Position numbers and translations under genes: made by a program. From a virus (lineage: Duplodnaviria > Caudoviricetes), in IMG/VR virus record IMGVR_UViG_3300020045_007949, positions 1 to 64,000 of that record: a DNA stretch of 64,000 nucleotides; one strand, written 5' to 3'. The notes under the pieces are model-generated. The model searched no databases. It had not been told where the DNA came from and worked only from the letters and a program-made list of their open reading frames with translations. Below, in pieces: positions 6,523 through 15,715 of the stretch (the first letter of the stretch is position 1; each line of letters starts with the position of its first letter).

Positions 6523-7902
6523 ATGTCATCAGTCGTTTATTCACTAAAAAATGGTATAAATAGAGCAAATAACCCCACTATTGGTGGAGTATTTGCTTAT
6601 GGCTCTTATACGAGTGCTGGTGTCTTTACTTTGTTTACAGATTATGAATATGAAGATGGAACAGCTTTTGTAAGTGAACCATTTGACGACACACAACCTC
6701 TTGTATGGAAAGGTTCTACTCAATACCCACATTTAGGGTTTGAGAACCTTACTCCTAACTTAGCAATTACACCTCAACCATTCCCTTCATTTGGAATATA
6801 CCTTCATCCTTATTTTGAAGGTGGAGAGAGAAAAGATGTAGGCGTTAGGGTTACAATCCCTTTTGGTGGAAATATCGCTATTGCTTCGATTATTCAGAGA
6901 GCAGACTTAGAGTGTGGAGATGATATTGGTTATCGAATAATGAAGAATGGTGTAGCTATTCAATCGAGACAATTTATTCAACCTTCAAGTACGCCAACCT
7001 CGATTAACACTCCTGCAAATTCATTTCAAGCAGGAGATATTATAGATTTCATAGTTGATATAGGTAGTCAGAATAATTCATACTGTGATGATACGGCTTT
7101 AGAAGTAACTTTGAGTTATCAATACACTCAAATACCAACACCAGTAGTTGAGACAACACCAATTTTATGTAGCACAACTACTATAAGTGGAACTACGGCT
7201 TACGTATCTGAGGGGACATTTGCAAGTATTTATGATGGAACAACACTTTTGTATTCAACAGCAGTTGTTTTGAATCCAGTTCTATTAAACGGAACATTCT
7301 CATTCACTGGCTTAGATTTTACAAATAGCTCAGGAAAATCCCTATCTATTATCTTAGAGAAGTCAGGAGATATAAATTCTATCCCAGTAACTTTTTTAGT
7401 TAAAGATGGCGGTTGTGTAAGCACTGAATTGTCTGCACCAATCATTACGGAGATTGAGTTTTGTCATAAAAAACATATCGTTAACAGAGCAATGTCAGGA
7501 ACTTCAACGGTAGCTGGCGATGTTGCTGTATTTGAATATCCATATAACTATGGAGACCCGATTGTTGCGAGTGGGGTATCGGATGCAGAGAACTTTTTTG
7601 TTAATAGTCCTGATTTTAAAGAGGGAAAGAAGTATGTGGCTTTCTTGGTGAGCTACAACGGTGTTTTAGGTACAATTATTGACATTGGCTCATTGGGATG
7701 CAATACAGATAGCGTATATGTTCCAACAGTGAAAGGAAATGTTGCTGGTGTAACAAATGGTTTGATAAAGATTTTCATTGATAGTGTTAATGAGGATTTA
7801 CTATCTCCATTTTGCGGAATAATAAGAGATGGAAAATTTGACTTAAAAATGCCACTAACAACTGGTGTTAATTACATATTCATGGCTGTTAAAATTAATT
7901 AA
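6523..7902 (+). CDS. putative virion protein with jelly-roll/lectin-like and Ig-like beta domains
   Basis: Beta-rich, Thr/Ser/Gly-rich; first gene of the structural block; start moved to ATG 6523. Confidence 0.6.
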   Translation: MSSVVYSLKNGINRANNPTIGGVFAYGSYTSAGVFTLFTDYEYEDGTAFVSEPFDDTQPLVWKGSTQYPHLGFENLTPNLAITPQPFPSFGIYLHPYFEGGERKDVGVRVTIPFGGNIAIASIIQRADLECGDDIGYRIMKNGVAIQSRQFIQPSSTPTSINTPANSFQAGDIIDFIVDIGSQNNSYCDDTALEVTLSYQYTQIPTPVVETTPILCSTTTISGTTAYVSEGTFASIYDGTTLLYSTAVVLNPVLLNGTFSFTGLDFTNSSGKSLSIILEKSGDINSIPVTFLVKDGGCVSTELSAPIITEIEFCHKKHIVNRAMSGTSTVAGDVAVFEYPYNYGDPIVASGVSDAENFFVNSPDFKEGKKYVAFLVSYNGVLGTIIDIGSLGCNTDSVYVPTVKGNVAGVTNGLIKIFIDSVNEDLLSPFCGIIRDGKFDLKMPLTTGVNYIFMAVKIN

Positions 7903-7904
7903 TA

Positions 7905-8732
7905 ATGACATACGAAATTACAGATTTACAGATTATAGGGAAGATTTATACACTTGACTTGTCAGAGTTGTTAGGAGGAGGATGTGGTGGTACTGGATTT
8001 TATGCAGCAGTTCCAGTGTCTAACGTGTCCATTGTATCAGTCGTTGAGTCGGTTGTGTCATACACTCCTACTGCCACAGGATTATTTTCTTTTAATGGAT
8101 ACTATTCTTGTGACGAAACATCGCTTTTAGTAGAAGTGTCAGGTACAGCAGTTCCTTTTCAAGCAACGGTAAGTGCAGCATCAGATGTTTATAATTTTAC
8201 TCCATGTTGTAATGAGTGCTACAATCCAATTATTGTATCCGACCTGTATGAAGGTGATACATATATCGCTTTTTCATTAGATATGGAGGATGGTATAACT
8301 GTGGAAACATTAGCAGGAGATGGCGGTAGAACATTAGAAGGAAAAGGAGTTATAGAACTTTTTGAACCATTAGTTGCTGGCGAGTCTATACAATTACAAG
8401 TTTATAGTGATTCATGCAAGGCTGTGAGCGATATTGTTATAGTTAAGACCATTGCAGAGGATTGTGACTCTTGTCCAAACCAAAACACTTGCCACATTAG
8501 ATTACTAAATGTAAGCGTCAAGAGTGACGGAGTCAACTTGGTTTCGATAAGTAAATTAAACGTAGAAGCATTTGGAGAGTTAAGATACCGATTAGACAAT
8601 GGCTCTTGGTTTGCTGATTGGGCAAGTATTGGCTCATTCAGTTCGCTCGTAAATCACACGATTGGAATTAAGTTAGTGAACAACCCTGCGTGCAGAATTG
8701 AGTATCCATTTTTAGCTATCTCATACACATAA
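7905..8732 (+). CDS. putative virion protein, Ig-like and Cys-rich
   Basis: ORF track; composition; position. Confidence 0.55.
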   Translation: MTYEITDLQIIGKIYTLDLSELLGGGCGGTGFYAAVPVSNVSIVSVVESVVSYTPTATGLFSFNGYYSCDETSLLVEVSGTAVPFQATVSAASDVYNFTPCCNECYNPIIVSDLYEGDTYIAFSLDMEDGITVETLAGDGGRTLEGKGVIELFEPLVAGESIQLQVYSDSCKAVSDIVIVKTIAEDCDSCPNQNTCHIRLLNVSVKSDGVNLVSISKLNVEAFGELRYRLDNGSWFADWASIGSFSSLVNHTIGIKLVNNPACRIEYPFLAISYT

Positions 8733-8738
8733 ATCTTG

Positions 8739-8764
8739 AAAAACCACAATCTTTTGTGGTTTTT
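8739..8764 (+). terminator. intrinsic terminator
   Basis: AAAAACCACAA/TTGTGGTTTTT 11-bp hairpin. Confidence 0.7.
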
Positions 8765-8793
8765 GTTTTTTAGAAAAAATATTTGTATATTTA
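8762..8793 (+). promoter_or_regulatory. Bacteroidota-type promoter
   Basis: TTTG-N20-TATATTTA. Confidence 0.6.
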
Positions 8794-8829
8794 GTATATT
8801 ATTAGTAATAAAATCCACATTAACATAAA

Positions 8830-9834
8830 ATGGCTTTAGAAATTCTTAGTACACTATGTTGCGATGCAGAATCAGCAACTTGTTTCACCAAATACTGCGA
8901 TAGTTCAGTAGAGGTTGATAATGTAATTGCAGCCGTAGGACTTATCGAAGAGGCTTCTTTGCCAAAAGTAGGTGATACGGTTACGCTTTCAACTGAGGAA
9001 GACCCAATCGTACTAACCGAAGTTAATTACGCTGAATCATTGCTTCAATGGTTGCGTGACCAACAATTCGAGTGTAATGGCGGTGGCGAGTATTTCCACT
9101 TCTTAAATGCAGGTTTATTGGCTAAAGGTACTCGTGCTAAACCAACGACTGTAAACTCTGAAACTGGTTCTCCTTACAACGGAAGACAAAAACTCCGTCA
9201 AGAGACAACTGCCGAGTTAATGTTAGAAGAGCATTACCTTCCAAACACAGACATCATTGCAGGTATGCAAGAAAGAGCATCGAGCTTATCGGTAATCTAC
9301 TTCTTTAAGCAAGGTGTAATTGTTAAGGACGCTAACGATGATGACAATATCTATATCTCAGATGCAGGTTTTGAAATCACTGGCGAAAGAAACGACTTTA
9401 TTAAAGGTTCAATCACTTTGACTGACGTTTCTAAGAAAGACAAGTTCTATTACTCATCAAACGCAAACGCATTTATCAAATCTTTGAAAGAAGCTACTAA
9501 ATTTACATTCGGTACAGCAACTTTTACTGGCATTACCGCTAAGGCTTGTGGCTCTAACGGGGCTTGTAAGGCGTTTAGTGTAACAGAAGGGACTGCATTT
9601 ACTTACACACCGACAGTAAATGAATTGACATCTTGTGCTTCATTCGCTGTTTATAAGGACTGTGGGGACGCATTAGGAACTTTATCAACACACATTTCAA
9701 TCGACTCTACGACTGGCGTAGTATCAGGAGCAACAACACTCCCTGTGGGAACATATAAATTTACCGTAGAAGTAGTAAATGATTGTTGTATCTCAGGTAG
9801 CCAATGTTTTACCGTAGAAGTTATCGCTGACTAA
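8830..9834 (+). CDS. putative major tail (tube) protein with C-terminal Ig-like domain
   Basis: Tube-like N-terminal region; C-terminal IDSTTGVVSGATTLPVGTYKFTVEV Ig-like motif. Confidence 0.6.
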   Translation: MALEILSTLCCDAESATCFTKYCDSSVEVDNVIAAVGLIEEASLPKVGDTVTLSTEEDPIVLTEVNYAESLLQWLRDQQFECNGGGEYFHFLNAGLLAKGTRAKPTTVNSETGSPYNGRQKLRQETTAELMLEEHYLPNTDIIAGMQERASSLSVIYFFKQGVIVKDANDDDNIYISDAGFEITGERNDFIKGSITLTDVSKKDKFYYSSNANAFIKSLKEATKFTFGTATFTGITAKACGSNGACKAFSVTEGTAFTYTPTVNELTSCASFAVYKDCGDALGTLSTHISIDSTTGVVSGATTLPVGTYKFTVEVVNDCCISGSQCFTVEVIAD

Positions 9835-9836
9835 TT

Positions 9837-11657
9837 ATGCTGAAAATTACTGACGAATTAATCGCAGGATTCTTAAATGATAGACAAACACTTTTAGACC
9901 CCTTTTATAAGGAAGCAAAAACGGAAGACGAAGAGTTTTCAGAGGTTTTTGGGTCAGAGTATCCGTCATACATGAGAGTTCAGCGACCAAACGAGTCGGA
10001 GAAGCAGAAAGAATATAGAGAAGAGTATTACGAAAAGATTGGAAATCCAGTTAAAGGCTTCTTGGGATTAATCGAGAAGCAAATTGACAAGGTATTTTCA
10101 AGTGAAGATTTCAGAGTACTCTTCTCACAAAAATCAAAGTTACCAAATAAAAGTGATACCGCAGAGTATTATTTTACAAAAGGATACTACAACGGAAGGA
10201 ATTTGTTAAAGTCATTCGCTGAGTCAATCAAAAGCGACACTTTGATTAAACCAAATAGCGTATTAGCTGTTCTTCCAAATGAGGCGAATGGGGCTTATGC
10301 AGCACCATATTACCTTGTAGCAAAATCCGAGAACGTTCTTTATTTTAAGGCGAATGAGTTTTGTTTAATCAAGTCAGAATTAAAAGCTGACATGACTCTT
10401 CAAGATGGAATGACAATAGTTAGAGAAAAAGGTGATATTTTTTACTTCTTTGATACTGATTCTTACTGTATTGTAAGACACGTTGGATACCATCAAGACG
10501 GAAGTAATAAATACGATGTAAATAAAATTGGAAATAATTTTAGAACTCACGGCTCTCAATTCTTACCGTGTAAGAAGATTGGTAGAAAGATTAAACAACA
10601 AACCGAAGATGGTCACGAACTAAGAACATCTGACCTTGCAGATTCATTCGTATTCCTAAAGGAAGCCGTAATGAATCACGAAGATTTAATCGTTGAACAC
10701 AATTTTCACGTTTCTTCTCAGGAATGGGTTGTAGGAACAGTTCAATGTAATGAGTGTCACGGTCAAGGAAAAGTTAGAGACAAAACAGGTGGTAAACCTA
10801 AAGATTGTCCGACTTGTCACGGTGCTAAAACAATACCAATTTATGGTGGAAGTGGCTTAGATAAAATGGTTATTCCAATGGATATTGGTTCGTTAGGAAA
10901 ATCAGAAAAGATGCCAACTCAATTTGGTGGATTCATTGAAAGGTCTGAAACTGGTGCAAAAATATTCTCTGAAAGTTTTGATAAGAATATCAAGTTAGCA
11001 TTAAGACCATTCGGGTTAGAAAACTCAATCATTACTCCTTACAACCAAAGCGGTGACGCAAAGGACAAGGATATGCAAGAGGGATACGCTTTTATGGTTG
11101 CTATGTCTGACCACATCGAAGAATTACTCGATTTCTTAGTGAAATCAGTAATTGAGATGCGATACAAGAAGTTGCCGAGAGTCACGATTGAGGCGGAAAT
11201 GCCAAGTATTGCAGTTCCTAAGAAGTTTAATCTAACATCGGCACAAAGCCTTTACAATAGATTAAAAGACGCAGGAACAAATAATATGCCTGACTCTGTG
11301 AAAATGAAGTACGTCAAGCAGTTGGTAGAAAAGGAAAGTGGAGTCAACTCTGACGATTACTTATTAGTAAAAGTAAAAGAGAAGTTAGACCCGTTTCCTG
11401 CTTATAGTTTTCAGCAGAAGGTTTTAGCAAGAGATACATTGAGTGATTTAAGATACGTTTTAACAATTAATATTGATTCAATTTTAATTGAATGTATCGA
11501 AGAAACAACAGGATTCTTGCTTTTAGAATACAAAGAACAAAAGAAATTAGTTTACGCAAAGGCACAAGAATATTTAGATGGAGCAAGTGATAATCTTAAA
11601 AAAGATTTCACCGTAAAGCCAACCACTAATATTGTGACCGAAAATACAACAGTATAA
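9837..11657 (+). CDS. portal protein with inserted DnaJ-type Zn finger
   Basis: 606 aa upstream of scaffold and capsid; CNECHGQG and CPTCHG motifs. Confidence 0.7.
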   Translation: MLKITDELIAGFLNDRQTLLDPFYKEAKTEDEEFSEVFGSEYPSYMRVQRPNESEKQKEYREEYYEKIGNPVKGFLGLIEKQIDKVFSSEDFRVLFSQKSKLPNKSDTAEYYFTKGYYNGRNLLKSFAESIKSDTLIKPNSVLAVLPNEANGAYAAPYYLVAKSENVLYFKANEFCLIKSELKADMTLQDGMTIVREKGDIFYFFDTDSYCIVRHVGYHQDGSNKYDVNKIGNNFRTHGSQFLPCKKIGRKIKQQTEDGHELRTSDLADSFVFLKEAVMNHEDLIVEHNFHVSSQEWVVGTVQCNECHGQGKVRDKTGGKPKDCPTCHGAKTIPIYGGSGLDKMVIPMDIGSLGKSEKMPTQFGGFIERSETGAKIFSESFDKNIKLALRPFGLENSIITPYNQSGDAKDKDMQEGYAFMVAMSDHIEELLDFLVKSVIEMRYKKLPRVTIEAEMPSIAVPKKFNLTSAQSLYNRLKDAGTNNMPDSVKMKYVKQLVEKESGVNSDDYLLVKVKEKLDPFPAYSFQQKVLARDTLSDLRYVLTINIDSILIECIEETTGFLLLEYKEQKKLVYAKAQEYLDGASDNLKKDFTVKPTTNIVTENTTV

Positions 11658-11659
11658 TC

Positions 11660-11818
11660 ATGGCAAAGACAAAAGTGAGCGTTTCTCATAATGTTAGACA
11701 AATTGACAACGGATTTATTATTAGAACAGAAAAAAGTGACGGAATGAAGTGGAGTACTACCGAAAGATATAGTAAAACAAATCCACTTGATAATACAAAA
11801 CTTGCAAAAACAAAATAA
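11660..11818 (+). CDS. hypothetical protein (52 aa, not in ORF track)
   Basis: Manual translation MAKTKVSVSHNVRQIDNGFII...; fills the gap between genes. Confidence 0.6.
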   Translation: MAKTKVSVSHNVRQIDNGFIIRTEKSDGMKWSTTERYSKTNPLDNTKLAKTK

Positions 11819-11820
11819 TC

Positions 11821-12144
11821 ATGGCAGGAAGACCAAAAAAAGTAACAGAATTTTCAGAAGATACACAAGAGGTTGAAGTCGTGGAAACGGTTGAAGAAAC
11901 TGAGCAAATAGAGATTCAAGAACCAGTTGACTTTAAAGAATCTGTTGAAGAATTTACAAACGACTTGGTAAAAGAATTTGATAAGGCTATTGAGGAATCA
12001 AAAGTAGAGCCAGTGGTCGTTGACTATCAGCCTAAAGACATTGTAGAGTTCTACAACCTTCGAGGTGAGTTGAGATACGCACCTTACGCTTATATCACAA
12101 AACGTGGATATAAAGCATTGAGAAAGTACACAAAGAAAAAATAA
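11821..12144 (+). CDS. hypothetical head-module protein
   Basis: ORF track; acidic N-terminal half. Confidence 0.7.
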   Translation: MAGRPKKVTEFSEDTQEVEVVETVEETEQIEIQEPVDFKESVEEFTNDLVKEFDKAIEESKVEPVVVDYQPKDIVEFYNLRGELRYAPYAYITKRGYKALRKYTKKK

Positions 12145-12147
12145 TAT

Positions 12148-13056
12148 ATGAGTAACATCAGAGTAATCTTGGAGTCCAAATTGGATTCAGACACAAAAGT
12201 AAAAATTGGCGAGGATAACCTTGCAAAACTATCAGAAATTACACTTGAAGATGACACGGCAGAAGCGGTAAAAGCAGCGTTGTTAAGTCTTACCGAAGCA
12301 GAAAACTCCCCAACTATTGTAGGGAAAAACAAGGATAAGTGGCACAAAGAAGCGTTGAAAGGGTTTATGGATTCAATCGACTCAACTACCGCAGAACACT
12401 TGTCAGTATTAGGAGAAGAAGTTCCAACTGATACAAAAGCAAAAAACAAAGCTATTTTAACAGCGTACAAAACGAAGTTAGATGGCTTAAAGGAAGAAGT
12501 GGAAACACTTAAAGTAAAAGTGAAAGACGGTGTTTCAGATGCAGACTCGAAAGCATTAATCGCAGCTAAAGAAGCAGAGATTTCAGAATTGAAGAAAACT
12601 CACATTCCAGCGGATTCGGTTAAAGTTTACAAGGATGAGAATGAGGACATCAAAAAGGAATTAGAGTCATTTAAAAAGGCGAGCATTAGAGAGAAGATTA
12701 CAAACGCTGCGATGAAAAGCGGTATTTTAATCGACATTAATCCCGAATTATTAGATGATATAGTGTACGGTGCAGCGAAGAAGTACGTTGAAACAGAAGT
12801 TTTTGGTACCGAGAAAGTGAAAGCAAAACTTATCTTAGATAAAAATACCAAGCAACTTGTAATTAGAAACGCATCTGATGAATCAATGTCAGTTGTAGTA
12901 GATGGTTCAACTACATTAACGATTGATACTTTAGTTAAATCTGCTTTAATTAAGTATGGTTTGAATAAAAAATCAGATAATCCTGACCCTGTACCATTTA
13001 ATCCTGCCGTCAATCCAAAACAAGTAGCACCTATTTTAGACAGTAAATATTTTTAA
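12148..13056 (+). CDS. capsid scaffold protein
   Basis: Charged coiled-coil, Pro-rich C-terminus, directly upstream of the capsid gene. Confidence 0.7.
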   Translation: MSNIRVILESKLDSDTKVKIGEDNLAKLSEITLEDDTAEAVKAALLSLTEAENSPTIVGKNKDKWHKEALKGFMDSIDSTTAEHLSVLGEEVPTDTKAKNKAILTAYKTKLDGLKEEVETLKVKVKDGVSDADSKALIAAKEAEISELKKTHIPADSVKVYKDENEDIKKELESFKKASIREKITNAAMKSGILIDINPELLDDIVYGAAKKYVETEVFGTEKVKAKLILDKNTKQLVIRNASDESMSVVVDGSTTLTIDTLVKSALIKYGLNKKSDNPDPVPFNPAVNPKQVAPILDSKYF

Positions 13057-13079
13057 TATATTAAATCCACACAACAAAA

Positions 13080-14447
13080 ATGGTAATAAGAAATACGCCT
13101 GAGATTTGCCCTACATCAGCGACGGTGAATATTCAACTGGCAACAGGAATGGGTTCATTACAAGGCGATGCCTCGAACTACGGTGCGTTAAAGGCGGTAA
13201 TGTCTCAAAGACAAGATAGAGTAGTTGAAGCATTAGACCCTCGTGACTGTGCTTCTAAGATTTGGACAGACGGAGATGGTAATTTCGGGGTAACTTTGGA
13301 ATACAACATCCCTGACTGTACTGAATTAGATACAGATTGTGCAGACTTTACTTGTGCGTCAGGTGAAACAGCTACACCAACAACCGAAACAACTCCATTC
13401 TCTATTGAGCAATGTGCGTTCTTCAAAACAACTTTGTCTCACAAAGATTGGGACGATATGTGTTGTGATGTAGCACCTTATTACAATCAAGTATTGCAAG
13501 CTCGTGCAAGTGGCGGTGGTCAAGCTGCTGCTGTTGTTCTTCAAAGAGCAATCAACGAACTTTCGACTACTGGTAATTTCGACAGAATGTATAACGCCAA
13601 GTTATTGTCTGAAAAAATCTACCACTCATTCAATGCACCGTTCACTGGTCAGTTATGGAAAATCAATGACCACGCTTTGACTAAGTTGAAGGCTGGTGCT
13701 GGTTACAATTGGGCTGTTGACCCGTTGACTGGCGACCCTGTGGCTGCTGGTGATTGGGAATTGCCTGTATTGACTTCAAGCGTAACTGCTGCCGACCCTA
13801 CTTTGATTCCTTATGGATTAAAAAGAGTTGACGCTAATTTGTTCCGTCTTTACATGGAAGATTTCATTCGTCGTCACCCACGTTGTGGAGCAGGAATGAC
13901 TTTAGTTGGTGGAAATATTTTCGCTAAATTATTAGCAGAAGTAGGTATCCAAGCTGGCGTAAATGACGCAGGTATCGACACTGGTGCAGTACTTCGTAGA
14001 GCATTAGGATTCTTAGGTGAATATGTTCAAGATGATTCAATCGACGCTAAATACGGTGATGGCTCATTCTTCTTATTAGAAGCTAATGTGGCAACAATGT
14101 TTTGGTTGACTCTTTATGGAGACCAAAGATATAACACTCCAAACGCATACTATTGGGCTTCAACAGGTAAAATGGTTGAGAAAATCAAGAATTTCCGTGA
14201 CGTAGGCGTACTTCCAATCACAATTGGTAACTGCCGTAACGGAAACATGACTTTACCGATGGATATGTTCATTCATACTCCGCACGTTTCTACGTTGGCT
14301 TGTGATGCGAATCCAACATTCAACATTCAAGCAAAAGCACAATACGAGGTATTTACTCGTCCTGCTTTCGGATGTGCTGACATGAATCCAACAACAGGTA
14401 TCTACTACGGAAAACTCGTTGATGCTATTACAAGTATCTCTGAGTAA
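13080..14447 (+). CDS. major capsid protein
   Basis: 455 aa after scaffold, followed by a terminator; Ala/Gly-rich. Confidence 0.75.
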   Translation: MVIRNTPEICPTSATVNIQLATGMGSLQGDASNYGALKAVMSQRQDRVVEALDPRDCASKIWTDGDGNFGVTLEYNIPDCTELDTDCADFTCASGETATPTTETTPFSIEQCAFFKTTLSHKDWDDMCCDVAPYYNQVLQARASGGGQAAAVVLQRAINELSTTGNFDRMYNAKLLSEKIYHSFNAPFTGQLWKINDHALTKLKAGAGYNWAVDPLTGDPVAAGDWELPVLTSSVTAADPTLIPYGLKRVDANLFRLYMEDFIRRHPRCGAGMTLVGGNIFAKLLAEVGIQAGVNDAGIDTGAVLRRALGFLGEYVQDDSIDAKYGDGSFFLLEANVATMFWLTLYGDQRYNTPNAYYWASTGKMVEKIKNFRDVGVLPITIGNCRNGNMTLPMDMFIHTPHVSTLACDANPTFNIQAKAQYEVFTRPAFGCADMNPTTGIYYGKLVDAITSISE

Positions 14448-14471
14448 GAAGTAAAAGTTTAAATCCACACA

Positions 14472-14514
14472 AACACCTCGTATTAGGCACTAAAGGGCTT
14501 AGTGCGAGGTTTTC
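14472..14514 (+). terminator. terminator after the capsid gene
   Basis: CCTCGTATTAGGC/GCTTAGTGCGAGG stem followed by TTTT. Confidence 0.65.
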
Positions 14515-14524
14515 TATTATAATT

Positions 14525-15010
14525 ATGAAGAATTTATCAGAATTAGCATTTGAGATTAAAGAAGACTTGTTTGAGTTTTGGATTAACGGAAAGATTTGGG
14601 TATTTGGTATGAGTGTAGGTATGCTTCTTGACTTTATAAGGGTTTTTATTTTTGCAGACTTCAAATACTTAGCGTGGTTATTTATTGCAATAGCACTGGA
14701 CTTAGGTGCTAAATTGTATGAGATTTGGTTTATACAAAAGTCAAAACCAAGCCTGACAGAGTTAATTAATAAATTACTAAATAAAACAATGAAGTATTCT
14801 TTATACTTGATAACTTCTCACGTTTTAATAAATTTTGAAGTAGATGGTAAGAGTTTCGATTTCTTAAAATCATTTAATCCATTTGTTTATGGTGTTTTAA
14901 TCGTAAGAGAAGTAAACTCTATTATGAAGAATTTAGGAATGAAATTACCAACACAATTAACCAATATTATAAACGAAAAATTCGATACAAAAGATGGCAA
15001 AGAAAGTTAA
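14525..15010 (+). CDS. holin (phage holin 4-like)
   Basis: Multiple TM segments; REVNSIMKNL..G...P motif. Confidence 0.7.
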   Translation: MKNLSELAFEIKEDLFEFWINGKIWVFGMSVGMLLDFIRVFIFADFKYLAWLFIAIALDLGAKLYEIWFIQKSKPSLTELINKLLNKTMKYSLYLITSHVLINFEVDGKSFDFLKSFNPFVYGVLIVREVNSIMKNLGMKLPTQLTNIINEKFDTKDGKES

Positions 15011-15083
15011 AAAACCAAAACCAGCAAAACCTGTTATAACTACTTTGGCTGACGGAGAGCCAAGACCTGAGCCTCGTGGATAA
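14994..15083 (+). CDS. 29-aa Lys/Pro-rich peptide (not in ORF track)
   Basis: MAKKVKKPKPAKPVITTLADGEPRPEPRG, overlapping both neighbours. Confidence 0.5.
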   Translation: MAKKVKKPKPAKPVITTLADGEPRPEPRG

Positions 15084-15495
15084 TAGATTAATATACGCTC
15101 TTTACTCTTTAGCTTTCAGTACGCTCTTTATGTCGTTTACTGATAATGGAGAATTTGGCGTAAACTTAAACTCTGTATTCAATTTAGTGACGATGGATAA
15201 ATCAGTAAGGGGTAATATTTATTTCGTATTAAATGAATTGCCATTGTTGTTTATCTTCTATAATAGGAGGCAAAAAATATTGAGATTGGCATTTTGGGTT
15301 ATATTGTCAAAGTTTTTATACAATTTAGGTATTTTACTAACATTGTATCCTTACAATAAGGGGTATAGCGACTATTTAAACGTAATTATCGTAGGAATTT
15401 TCTTATTTTTTGACATATATAACCCAAAATGGAAATTTCAATTAAGACAATATTTGGAGTCTTTGAGCCGTTTTTTGCATTTATCGCAACCATAA
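15076..15495 (+). CDS. multi-pass membrane protein
   Basis: About 4 hydrophobic segments. Confidence 0.65.
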   Translation: MDNRLIYALYSLAFSTLFMSFTDNGEFGVNLNSVFNLVTMDKSVRGNIYFVLNELPLLFIFYNRRQKILRLAFWVILSKFLYNLGILLTLYPYNKGYSDYLNVIIVGIFLFFDIYNPKWKFQLRQYLESLSRFLHLSQP

Positions 15496-15680
15496 CATTA
15501 TTTAATGGGATAACCACTTACAGGACTGCCGAAGACGGTATCAGAATCTTTATGGCTACCCTTTTCACTATCTATTATATTATAAAAATAGTAAGATTAA
15601 TAGAGGTAAAGGATAAGATTTCTGATATAGAAAAGCGTGTGGAAAGGTTAGAAAAATTAGGAAAAGACAATGATATTTAG
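15429..15680 (+). CDS. small membrane protein, holin/antiholin-like
   Basis: 2 TM segments plus coiled-coil tail. Confidence 0.55.
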   Translation: MEISIKTIFGVFEPFFAFIATITLFNGITTYRTAEDGIRIFMATLFTIYYIIKIVRLIEVKDKISDIEKRVERLEKLGKDNDI

Positions 15681-15715
15681 TATATTTAGCCTTAAAAACA
15701 CGAAAGGTCTTTATT

